Assembly: GCA_030704615.1 (NCBI GenBank)
Contig: CM060731.1
Location: 58,590,001 to 58,654,000, forward strand
Source: Takakia lepidozioides
Lineage: Eukaryota > Plantae > Bryophyta
Direction: 5' to 3'
Length of the DNA: 64,000 bases
Part shown: in pieces, positions 12,300-23,900 of the stretch
How the letters are laid out: every line of letters starts with the position of its first letter
How positions within the stretch are numbered: position 1 is the first letter of the stretch
Translations under genes and position numbers: made by a program
The notes under the pieces: generated by a model
What the model was told of the DNA's origin: nothing
Database searches by the model: none
Seen by the model: the letters and a program-made list of their open reading frames with translations, nothing else

Positions 12300-14740
12300 C
12301 GAGACACAACAGGCATTGAGCTTTGTTGGCTATCTTGTCCTCGGGCTCACAATGGCAGGGACTGGTCTTTGCACCAGACTCTGAGGGGCTGCACTCGCAC
12401 CGTGGGCAAGGTGGGATGAATCGTGATGTTGATTATAGAATTAGAGTCTATGAAGCTCTCTCTGGTATCCCTGAACCCATGCCCCCTCGTGGAGCTGAGT
12501 ATTGTTGGGCTCAAAGAACCCCCTTGATCTGGTTCCTTCGTTTTCCTCTCAGTAGATTACAATTCGACCCGGGGGGGGGGAATGGTCGTGGATGGACATA
12601 AGAAAACCCCCCTTCTTGATTATACTGTGAAGACGGCTTATGGGGAATGCCAACTTCAGAGCCATATGGAATAATAAATGGAATTTAGATCTGCACTTCC
12701 AAGGATGGAACGGAGTTTAGAAGGATGTTTGGGCAAATAATCGTTCAGCGAAAGTTAGTGCTTTTCTATGGAAGCTGGCCAACCAAATTCTTCCTATGGG
12801 GGTCACTTTCCCTAACCAGGACCCCTCCTACATAGTTTGCAATTGCGGTACAAAGGAGACCATTGAGCATTGCCTGATCAACTGTCATCTATCCACAAGA
12901 GCTTGGCTTCTTGTGGCAAACCTTCTATTCTAATTGGACGTCGTTGCCACCCTTGTGTGCTCCAATGTTGGTTGGTTATCATTTTTTCCAAAGCTCATGA
13001 GGTTCAGGTTATATAAGTTGACTCACGCAATAATAACCTCCGGTTCTAGGTGAAATATGCACATTGAATGAAGGTTATTTGCAGGTTACGGTTATGAAAT
13101 TTTGAATAATATGTGTAATCAGGTTATTTGCCGATTCATAAACAATCATAACCTGCGGTGATATTTCAAGTCTTTATCTGGCTGCGATGCCTCGGGATGC
13201 GTCAGTGCTACATATTAAAGGACATGCGTTGGAGGCACGTAGTCGAATGCGGTGAGGACGTACAGTCGTCCCAACAGGAAACTAGAGGCTTGATGCTGTT
13301 CAGCATGATAGGCTGAAGCTGAAAGGCCCCAGCTTATAGTGTCTCAACGAAGAGAGGACTGAAAGTCGAAAGACATGTATCATACAGCAGGCCAAGAATG
13401 CGTATGGACACGGGAAGAAATTAAAAGATTCTTTTGACAATTGGTTTGCTACTCTGCAGTTTGGACGGAGCATACGGGACGTCGGGTCACGCTGCACAAG
13501 CAGAGAACTGCTCACTGTTGCCCACTCCTACAGTAGCGCTGCCCAGGAAGAGCTTTGGATGGGCACTGTTATAACTGAAATATAACCTGCCTACTGTCAG
13601 ATATAATTGAAGTACTCTAAGCAGGCTGCAGAACCTAGCCTACAGAACCTATTGCTTAGGTTCAATGTGTTGTTTCAATGTGCCGTTTCAACTTCAATGT
13701 ACAGAATAGACTATAGACACTTGGACACCAAAAGAAAACTATAGCTATCATAACCGCTTCCGTCAAGTTAAAAGATATCCGGGTCGTTTTCTGTCTTCAG
13801 ATACTATTCTCGCATAGGTTCCAGGGTGTTCCAGGGTGTTTCACCGGGTATTTGAGTTATGCAGTACCGGCGGTGTTCAGTATCCACGGTTCTATCTTAT
13901 GTTCATATTAACCTCCGGCTATAGTTACCCTTACCCGGCAAATAACCTGTAATTAACGGGTGGGTCCTTGATAACCGACCAACACTGGTCTGCTCCCCTC
14001 TGCTGCTCAATCTGCATAATGGGTCCACTTGGACCACCTATCTTGCCTTAGAGCTCTCACTCTCTGATCAATCTGGAAGGCTAGATGTAGTTTGACTTTT
14101 GAGGAGCGCCCCAGCATCAGATCAATCCTTTACAAATTGTTTTCGGATCTGATGACTGAGGGGCGTGAGGCGTAGGTGTCCGTGCAAGCAGCTTCCTGCA
14201 GGTGCAGTGAAACAAGGCGCCAACAACTTTTCTCGGAATTCGACCTCACCTGGGCTAAGGGCGGCCTCCTTTGCTCCAGGCTCTCTGACTCTCGAGTCTC
14301 TTGGAATGATGACCTCCCCTGGGATTGGCAAGTCACTAGTTGAGTCCGACGTTCCTGACATCAATTGGAAACACAACAAGATGCATGCTTCCAAGTCAAA
14401 AGTGCATCTAGATTTTGGTCTTTGATTCCAGCTGGCCTGTACTTAAGTAGTTCTAAGTCAGTGTAGCTTAGAACACCCTTTCTCCTTCTCTCCCTCTCTG
14501 TAGTTTGGCAGCATGTTCTTGGGTCTCCTATCTCGGATCTGTCTCTGCTTCTTAGTTTGTTCTCTTGTTTCTTTTGGCCACAAGGTTGTTCCTCTTGGTC
14601 CTCTTCCTTGCCTCTAATTAGCTCATTCCCGCTTTTCCCTCCTAAGTGTTGGATGTTCCCCTTGTGTTACGCTTTTACGGCCTTCTCGACGCTTATTTTT
14701 TCCTCCCCTCTGTATATTTTTTATCGTTATTTAATAATCA
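12300..14740 (+). mobile_element. decayed L1-like LINE 3' part (zf-RVT region), split by a hAT element
   Basis: YTVKTAY at about 12621 and CNCGTKETIEHCLINCHLSTRAW at 12838-12906 (zf-RVT CCHC). Many stops. T-rich 3' region with an AATAAT-like tail near 14730. Ends are approximate. Confidence 0.65.
12963..13987. mobile_element. non-autonomous hAT-type DNA transposon, about 1.0 kb
   Basis: Terminal inverted repeats CAATGTTGGTTGGTTATCA ... TGATAACCGACCAACACTG. 8-bp target-site duplication GTGTGCTC/GTCTGCTC (1 mismatch). Subterminal GGTTA/TAACC repeats. Confidence 0.85.
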
Positions 14741-14759
14741 AAGGATCTCGACGGAGGAG

Positions 14760-15005
14760 GGTTATGGCGCTAACTAAAGGCTTGGTTCATTATGATATAC
14801 TCAAGGACCTGGATACTTTGCAACCTGCTATTTCTTTGCGGCAGTTGTTGGCTATTGCACCTCAATGTCGAGCTTCTTTGCAGTCATCTCTAGTTCGGAG
14901 ATAGGCATCAAACAATGACGTCCATGAAGCGAGTATATCGACACTCAATCCGGATCCAGGTGCCCCTGTCCTTGATGTGACAATAGATGGCATTGTTATT
15001 ACGGA
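14760..15005 (+). mobile_element. Ty3/gypsy gag-protease linker fragment (non-chromovirus type)
   Basis: YDILKDLDTLQPAISLRQLLAIAPQCRASL...GAPVLDVTIDGIVI resembles the pre-protease segment of Ty3 elements. One internal stop. Confidence 0.6.
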
Positions 15006-16269
15006 CCACTGTCCCCTGTTTTTTTTTTTTTTATTATGCACTAAATTTTTAGTGCACACGTTCCCTGCTCATTTCCCTCGCCATTGGAGATGTTGTCGTT
15101 ATCGTGGACATGATGCAGGAAAATCAAAACAACAAAATGAGAAGGAGCAAAAGGAACTATAAGCAAGCGAGGTAGGAACATTTAATCTCTCTTGCCATTG
15201 ACTTGTGCTACAATATAGTATAGTAGGCTTCGACACAAAGCTTGGCAGAACAGCTTTGATGCAATGTCCATTAGAAATGTGTGTCGTGCCACTGTGCTTT
15301 AATGAATTGGTCCCATACACATCAGCCATGTTCTAGAATTTGCCAATGGTTTTTCCTTTGTACGAGTGAAGAAGCCCCATTGTAGGATCGGAACTTTGTT
15401 CCTATTCATCCAAGCAAGCCTTATGGGTTGGGTTTCACATTGGGAAAAACATATATCTACAACTCCTTCCAGGAACCACAAGACGAGAACCCAAAAACAG
15501 AAGTGAAGTTATAAACCTCTTCCTTCCACAAGACGATCTACAGATGTGAAGAATGATTGAGAAGCCACAAACAATATATGGATCACTATTTTGGTTCTGA
15601 CTAGTGTTGTACTGGTATGTCCATTTTGACATACCAGACTGATCCTGGTATGCCTAATGGACCTCTAAGGCCAAGCTGGTAGGGCATAGTGTAGATCCAC
15701 AGTGGCCTGGGTAGGGTACATGGCTGGTATGAGTATTGTCATGTGGGACATACCCTGATACTAGGCATGAGTAAGTCAAAATTTAAATGGAGATACTAGG
15801 TCTATATGTGCAAGGGTATGGTATCTACATATTAGGAGGATATAATATATGTATAAACATATGATATGTAGAGAATGATTTCTTCATTTGTTTTTTTGGG
15901 TTCATCAATCCTCAATACGGTCTCAAGCCGAGTATGAAATAGTTCATAATTAGATTGGTATGGTAGGTAGGGGGGTAGGTCCAATGTTAACCCGGGGTCC
16001 AGGGTATAGCCGGGGTATAACCCCCAAGACATACACAACTGATATTCTACAATACCAGGATACTCACACCCGGGCCGCACATACCCAGGTCAATTGGCAC
16101 ATATCAGTACAACATTGGTGCTGACCTACACCAGGAATGCTGAATCTAGCACTATGTTACAGCTTTCCGCTTTATCATTAATTGTCCCACCACCATGATC
16201 CCCTTTCCAAAACTCTCAAATCATCTTAAACGATTCAGCTAACCAACAGGCTTGGCACCACCAGATACC

Positions 16270-16400
16270 ACTGTTGGGTGGACTGGCTGGGACTGGCACA
16301 GTGGACTGGCGTGCACAACGGACTGGCCGGCAGACTGGCGGTGTGGCGGACTGAGGGGGACTGGACTAACGGGCAGTGGACTGGCGGGCGGACTGGGGGT
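16270..16400. repeat. cluster of short (G)GACTGG motifs
   Basis: About 10 GACTG(G) copies at irregular 10-17 bp spacing in a GC-rich patch. Confidence 0.7.
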
Positions 16401-16700
16401 GCGGCGGAGCGCGGGCAGGGCTGCTCGGGCCGCGGCAGTAGCGGGTGCGGCTGGGCGACCGCACGCATCGGCGGGCGGGGGTCCGGGCAGGGGGAGCCGG
16501 GCGTCCGTGCGCGGGCCCACCAGTCAGCTCGCGCGTGCGCCATAACGTCCCAATTATTGTAAAATGAGAGGCTATATCTCATGCCACACATGAGTGTTTT
16601 ATTGCCCCGCATATCCAATTGCCACTCTGCATGAAGTGGGGCCCACGGGCCCGCTCAAGCGACCGCTGCTACCGTCGATCGCCCGGCACTCTCATTCTAA

Positions 16701-17085
16701 CCCTGGGCGACCGCCCCAGCGGTCGTCCCGCCGTAGAGGCGACCGACAAAGCCATCGCCCACCGTTACCCTGTCCGCTTCCCGATCCGCCGGGCGACGGC
16801 ACCGCCCGTCGCCCATTCTCTTGCGGCCCACCCGCGGGCCCCACGAGGACCGCCTGCCCAGACCGCCGAGTGCCGTCGTGCCCTGGGCGACCGCCCCAGC
16901 GGTCGCCCCACCGTAGAGGCGACTGACGAAGCCGTCGCCCACCATTACCCTATCCGCTTCCCGACCCGCCGGGCGACGGCCCCGCCAGTCGCCCATTCTC
17001 TTGCGGCCCACCCGCAAGCCCCACCGAGGACCGCCAGCCCGGACAGCCATCCCGGACCGCCTGCCCAGACCGCCGAGCGCCGACG
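16701..17085. repeat. 180-bp GC-rich tandem duplication
   Basis: Units begin CCCTGGGCGACCGCCCCAGCGGTCG at 16701 and 16881, with a partial re-duplication at about 17055-17080. Confidence 0.9.
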
Positions 17086-17944
17086 TGGACCGCCCAGGAA
17101 ATTGATCCGCTTCGTCAGCCCTGTGGGTGCCTTGAAGAACGGTACTCGCAGTGCACACCCTTGAAGAGGTATCACCTGCAAATCGTCACCCTTTTGCATA
17201 CACCAGCAAAGGTATGCACTGTCTGGAATCCACTGTCTACATCCCTGTCGTGGTATCGCCTGTAAGTCCATGCCCTGTTCCAAGGACACAGCAGAGCATG
17301 GTCTTTCATTGAATTTGTACGTCACTTCAGAGGTATCACCTTAACTTTACATCGGTGTTCTTTAGACGGGCGACCGTTGCGACGGTCGCCCATTATCATT
17401 CTTAAAAGGGCGACGGCCAACGGCTGTCGCCCGTTATGTAGGTGAAGCATGTGACGGTGATGCGTAGTTCTCATTCGTTGCGTTCGCCTTTGTCAAGGTA
17501 GGACCCGAAAGCCGTCGCCCAGTATTTTGTTTCGGTGGGCGATTGTTGAAGCGGCCGCCCATGGCCGGTGGGATGCAAGCTCGGGACGGAGGTGTTGGAT
17601 TCCACAGCAACAGAGACCAACAGATCAACAGTGATTGTGGGTTGTAGGGCACAGAGAATGTGTGTTTGAGGCACTATTATGCAAGAAGTATTGCATATCT
17701 TCAAAGACAACATCTGGCCCTTGATGCGAGGATATCAGTTATACGTGGTTTCTGGATCGGCAACTGTATTGGTCTTGCCTTCGAACATGCTAGGTGCGTT
17801 TCTATCGTCCACGTCCATTTTTCACATACATGTAACATAAGGAATCTTGTCGTGGAATGATGCACACGTATGAGGGGCGAAGGTGAAGTAGGAACAGGAT
17901 ATGAGGCTGACGTGTAGTCTGCCATTCACTGCGAATGTCTTTGC

Positions 17945-18260
17945 AAAGGTGGTATCCAAAAATCTACATTCGTACACCTATAGAGGTATAGTCTGCCACT
18001 CGCAACCTACATCGTGATCGAGGTATCACCTAAAAATATAATCCTTGTTGCATACACCAATAGATGTATAGTATGCCCGTCACAGCCTACATCAGTACAG
18101 AGGTATCACCCAACAATGTAATCCCTTTTTCATACATAGCAACGGAGGTAGACTATGTCAATTGTAGCCTACATCGGAACAGAGGTATCATCCGGAAGTG
18201 GACTCCATGTTTCATACACAAGTAGAGGTATTATCTATCATTGTGAGCCTATATCCACAG
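17945..18260. repeat. degenerate tandem array of about 80 bp (CCTACATC...GAGGTATCA...CATACA...AGGTA)
   Basis: GAGGTATCA anchors at 18020, 18100 and 18182. Related units at 17166 and 17330. Confidence 0.75.
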
Positions 18261-20335
18261 TGCATGAAAGATGGTCATGCGGGTGGTGGCCACTCCCATT
18301 GGGTCTTGCACTTTTCATTTGCATAGCATTTTCGAGGTTGGAAAGTCCTCCCATTTCAGTATGTTGCCAAGCGATTTTTGGTTGGGTTGGTTGTGGGGGG
18401 GGGGGGGGGCCTTAGGCTGCCCTTGTCAGGGTGGGAATGTCATGACATATGAACATGGCACATGAAATCGCTCATGTACCGTTAAATAACAGCTCAATCA
18501 ATGTTCAAACATGCACCAAGGCAATGGTGGCCAAAAGTCCACTTTTATTGCCGAATAAAGGATTATTACATGGTATGCGAAGTAAAAAAAACTATTGTGC
18601 CTCATATTGCACTCATCCTCGAGGCATAACTATTGTTCAACCATCACTCCCAATATAAATGAAGCGGCCACTTGTCTCTCTGCTGTTGCTTGTACCCCAA
18701 CTGACTCGAAATAAGCTCGGATTCCTCCTTGAAACATTGATGCATCTCTACACTCCATTGTCATTGTCAATGCAGCAAATACCGGCGCTCCATCTCTTTA
18801 AATTCATCCTTGGCAACTTCATATGCCATATCCCGGATTGCTGCTGCTTCCTGCTTCCATACAGTATGCCAAATCGGCGAACTTGTGAGTGGTGTAGCAA
18901 TGCATGAAACTTTGAGACAAACATATCCATTAATCTGAATACACAATAAACTATGATATTGGCATGTTACTCCTCCATGAGGATATTAAATAATCACTGT
19001 GGACATGGAATACGGAGGCATGCACACGGTCTCTTAATAGCATGTTATGTTGTTGATTGTATATACCAAAGACTGTTTATACTGCAACATGACACCGACA
19101 CCTGATTATAGAATAATAACATCATGTTACAACAATGTTTAGAGACAATTATGTACATGTGTAAGAAGATACAATGGGTCTTGAATGCCCTCATCGTCAT
19201 CTGCTTCTGTGTTGTGTTCCTCAGCTTATGCGTCGGCTTCTCCATGTGTACGAGGTGGCACGAGAGGTTGGTTAGGGAATGATCCAACATTCTCGTGAAC
19301 ATCGTACACAGGTGGTCTCACCACCCTGCAAGGCATACGGATCCGACTTCGGGTCTGTTTAATAACTACATGAATACAACAACACAACACAAACAATGGT
19401 CTGCGTAGATTTTTACCCTGCTTCGCGTTCTTCAGCCTGAAATACCACAGTTGGTACATGTGCAGGTAAATTACGTCCGTTTTGAGTTATTTTCCTCACC
19501 CTATGATGGTTCCACCATGTTACAGCACGCTCTGCATCCTCTTCGATTACTGGCAAGAAAACAAGTATAAGTGAGCTTTTATGCCACATGTTGTCTATGT
19601 CAAGAATTCCTGCTGCCTCCATCCCTTCGAATAGGTGTTTGAAAAACCATGCCAGATGTGTCCAAATCTGTCTCCAAAAATGCTCTATACGCTGGTTGTG
19701 GCAAAACGACCCGGTCAAAAACGGTCGACCCACCTCCGTCCGTGCATTCTCTATATCTGCACGAATCAATGCATGCTCTGGAGCATGGTCTGACCGTAGT
19801 GGTATAGGGTGTCCATATTTGCCGATAGCATCCTCATATCCTACAAACAGAGTTTCTTGCTTCTGTCCAAGACAACTCGGAGCCAAACAATGAAATGAGT
19901 CACTCCATCGATTCCACCGTGCAATCGAAAACCCCACCTCTTCAGTTTCTCATATGCTGGCCACCCAAAGGTTATCTTCATCCCGAATGCACAGGGTTAC
20001 GATGTGAGCTTTCAACTTCAAGCAATGCAATGCCACAAGAACAATGACTTCACATGCCTGCACTAACAAAACGGCACTTAAATCATATATACATAAATAC
20101 AAAGACTGAAAGCATGTGGTACTTACAATCCATATGCCACATACGCATCGGCTGTGAAATTGTGTATTGGCCTCTGAACAGTCTTCCGACCTGCCGACGT
20201 GTCATGTGTTCCGGTTGCATTGTTAGCAACACATCTCTCATATGTCTTTGACCCACTCTTATTCCATTCGTCCTCCGCAATAGGGTTTGAATAGCACGGA
20301 TGCCAAAATTGCATCCTCCCCTCTCAAGTGGGATA

Positions 20336-20977
20336 TGTCGCGCACCTCACTTCGGTAATCTCCCCTTCAAATCATAGTTACTCGCTTTGATGCGGTGGGG
20401 GTGGTTCCACGAAGGGTGGTGGTAGCTTAGTGGGTCTTAGTGGGGGTGGCATAGGACTCACCATGGGGCGGAGACCTTGTGGTGGGAGTCGTGGGGAGTC
20501 TTGGGACTCATCACGGTCCAACGGGGCCGTGGTGGGTGGGCTATGACTCACCACGACTCATAACCGGGAATCAAGGGTTTTCGTGGTGGTTCGCCATAAA
20601 ATGACTGGGTTGTTTGTGAAACCCCTACGGATAGTCACAGAAGTATATATAGGGAGTAGTAATCCCGAGAACGGTGCAAGCCTGTTGGTGACCAAAAACT
20701 AGTGAGTAAGCGTGCGAGCCGGAAAGCGACCAAGGTGTGGGGAGTTGTTCCGGACTGCCAACAACCAAAGGGAATTTCCACTAGGCCCAAATTGAGAGAG
20801 GGTCTTGTGGAGGAGCAAAGGGCGCGGGGCTCCACCTAGTGAGCGCCTCCGCCTCCTTGAGTGCCTTGGGCACTCAAGGTGCTTCAGCCCCTGTACCTAT
20901 TGTTGCCACTGCCCTCACCACAAGGGCAGCCCCTCTTATGTCCCGACCCCCTGCCCTCAAGGGAAAGGGCCGCGACA
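20336..20977 (-). repeat. 3' LTR (642 bp) with inverted central segment
   Basis: Ends are colinear with the 5' LTR, but 20395-20822 is the reverse complement of about 26568-26992. Confidence 0.93.
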
Positions 20978-23900
20978 CACATCCCTACCAACAGGGAGTC
21001 GATGTCCTCATCGACTTGTCCATTTTGTAGAAACGAACATCCAAGTTGTGGCGTCCCACATCAAGGAGTTTGTTTTCGTACCATGGCGTCCCATGGCAAA
21101 GAACCAAACCCCCACTTGACTCAACTCTCCACTAGCTAGTTCAGCTGACTTCCTCCAAGTCCCGGCCAAGGGTATAGCGTCTCAAGCTCCTCCCAGTGCA
21201 CTCTTCTTGGCCCACTTCAAGGCCAAGGAACGATCCTCCCCGAGGATCGAATCGCCTTACTGCAACAACATTGCTTGCGACCGCTCATGATGCCGCTTTT
21301 GGCATCACCTTGAGCAAGGGTTCACCTTGAACCCTTTTTGACTAGGAAGATAACCTTGAACCAACCGTGCGCCCCAATCACTACAATTGGGTCCGCCTTG
21401 GAATGTTGGCGTGAGGTACGGGAACACGCCAAAGCCGCACTACGACTTCGTCCCGAGGTTACACGATTATAGTACGTTAACAGAAGCACGTAGCTTCGGC
21501 GTTAATCCGCACTTCAAGACAACCCCCTCGGTAGCGCAGTTATAGTACGCGCACGCGCCAGGTGCGCACTAGCACGTGAACTCCCAAAGAAGGCACAAGT
21601 TTCATTGCTCCTTGGATGGGAGTCACCCGATTTCGGCACTGCGCAAGCACACGATTAATCCAATTTACCTCTCCCACTTTTGTAAGCTAGCATGCATTCT
21701 ACACACTAGCCAACCATACCATGCATCACCATTCCAAACAAAATAGGAAGCACAACATTTGGAAACCATTTCATTTATAACAAAATTTGTACACCACAAG
21801 TTTTTGCAATCGGATTCCTGAGCTAGCTAAGCCGGGCTAAGCAAGCATTTTCTCCCCCACGATCCAAGGTTGATGTCCCCATCAACGCTTATTCTGCTCT
21901 TGAGGTCGCTTTTCGAAAGCTGCAACCGCCTCGGATGCGTTTCCCATTTCTGAGGCACGCACCCAAGTTGCCTCCATTTGATGATAGCTCTTCCATTTCA
22001 CGAGATACTCCGTTTCTCGATTCTTAAACCTCCTCGACTTAAGCACTGCCTCCACCTCGTACTCAGGATCATTTTCATGATCCAATAGCACAGGTGGCGG
22101 ACGCAACACTTGATGCCGATTCGGACGCACTTCATCTTTGAAGTAAGGCTTCAAAAGAGAGACGTGGAATACCGGATGCACCTTGCTGTTTGCCGACAGC
22201 TCAAATTTATACACATCCCATTCATAACCTTCCGGATGCGAAAGGGCCCCGCATACGGAGGTACGAACTTCGGACTCACTTCCGGAGGTAGTCAAAAATT
22301 CTTGATTGTCAACCAGACCTCCGTGCCTGCCTCAAACTTAACTTCCCTCGTCTGCCGTTCATACCATTTCCTAGCTTTGGCAATGTTGTACTTTGCGAGC
22401 TCCAACAAACGCTCGCGTTCTTCCAGCACCGCTGCTGCTGCCGGTTCCTTAACGTCCTGGGCGGCCCAACTTGTCAGCACCAGAGGTGCTTTTCCATAGA
22501 CCAATACGAAAGGGGAAACTCCCGTTGCGGAGTGTTTTGTGTTATTATAACAGAACTCTGCCGCATCCAAGTGCTCCACCCAGTCTGATTGGTCTGCCGA
22601 CATATAATTCCGCGAGATCTGCTTCACCACAGAATTCACTCTTTCCGTGTGGCCGTCCGTCGTAGGTCGGAAGGCGATGCTCATCTTGAGCCTCGTCCCC
22701 ATTTTCTTTCAAAGTGCTCTCCAAAATTTACTTGTAAACTTTGGATCGCGGTCCGAGACAATATCCTTCGGGAGTCCATGATGCTTGAGGGAGGAGGCCG
22801 AGGAGTATGTCAAGACATGCACCACATGCCAACAAAACCGGAGCGAGTACAAAAAGCAAGCGGGGCTGTTACAACCCTTGCCGATTCCAGAGGGCTCTTG
22901 GGAAAGTGTCTCGGTAGATTTCATGACTGCTATGCCGCTGTCAAAAGGATTCGATGCAATCATGGTGGTGGTGGATAGGTTCAGTAAAATGGGCCATTTC
23001 ATTCCCACCAAAGAGACGGCAACGACGCAGGAGACGGGGCGAAAATACTCTTTCTTCAAGACTGCCGCGGTGCGCTTGGCTCCACCGTGGCCCGCAAGCG
23101 GGCCATCGTGGCATTCTCTCAAGAGACTATCTCTGATCCGCCTTCGGCACATAGAGGCGCTTTAGCTTGTACCGGAGCAGTCCATTGTGCAAGTGGAACT
23201 GCGATTTAACCCCCATCCTCAAGTCCCGCATCACGGACTTCATCATCTCCTCCTTCCGGTAAGCCTTCCGGATCTTCCTTCAGAGCGCCATCTCGCCCCT
23301 GTACACCAACATGAGCTACTGCTTTCTACTTAAAGCATTGGCCACCACATTGTCCCGTCCCGGTTTGTACTGGATATCCACGTTGAACACTGCCAAAGTA
23401 TCTTGCCACCTAAGTTGTTTTGGGGACAACTTAGGCTGCGTGGCAAAATACTTCACCGTGACATTGTCGGTGAACACCTTCACCGGGTTGGAACCAACAT
23501 AGTGGCGCCAAAGCTCAAGGCAATGCACCACCGCCTTCATTTCTTTCTCGTGCGTAGGCCACCGTCGCTCCACTTCATTCAGTTTCTTACTTTTGTAAGC
23601 CGCTAGACGTCCATCCTGCATGAGTACACCCCCAATTGCAAAGTCCGACACATCTGTATGAATCTCAAATGGACGGTCAAACTCGGGGATTTTTAGGACT
23701 GGAGCTTCCGCCATCCGCTGCTTCAAATCGGCAAAAGCTTGGCCACAAAAGGTGTTCCATACCCATACGTTGGACTTACATAGAAGGTCCGATAGCGGCC
23801 CCGCGATCTTGGCGAAATTTCTCACATACTTTCGGTAATAGGAGGCGAGTCCTAGGAAGGATCGCACTCCCAAGACCAAAATCGGGGGCTCCCAGTCCAA

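Noticed and set aside
16235-17325. Many overlapping Pro/Arg/Gly-rich ORFs
   Set aside because: Products of GC-rich tandem repeats that are open in most frames.
17945-18260. CRISPR-like repeat/spacer appearance
   Set aside because: Eukaryotic context, short degenerate anchors, linkers partly similar to each other, and no cas genes.
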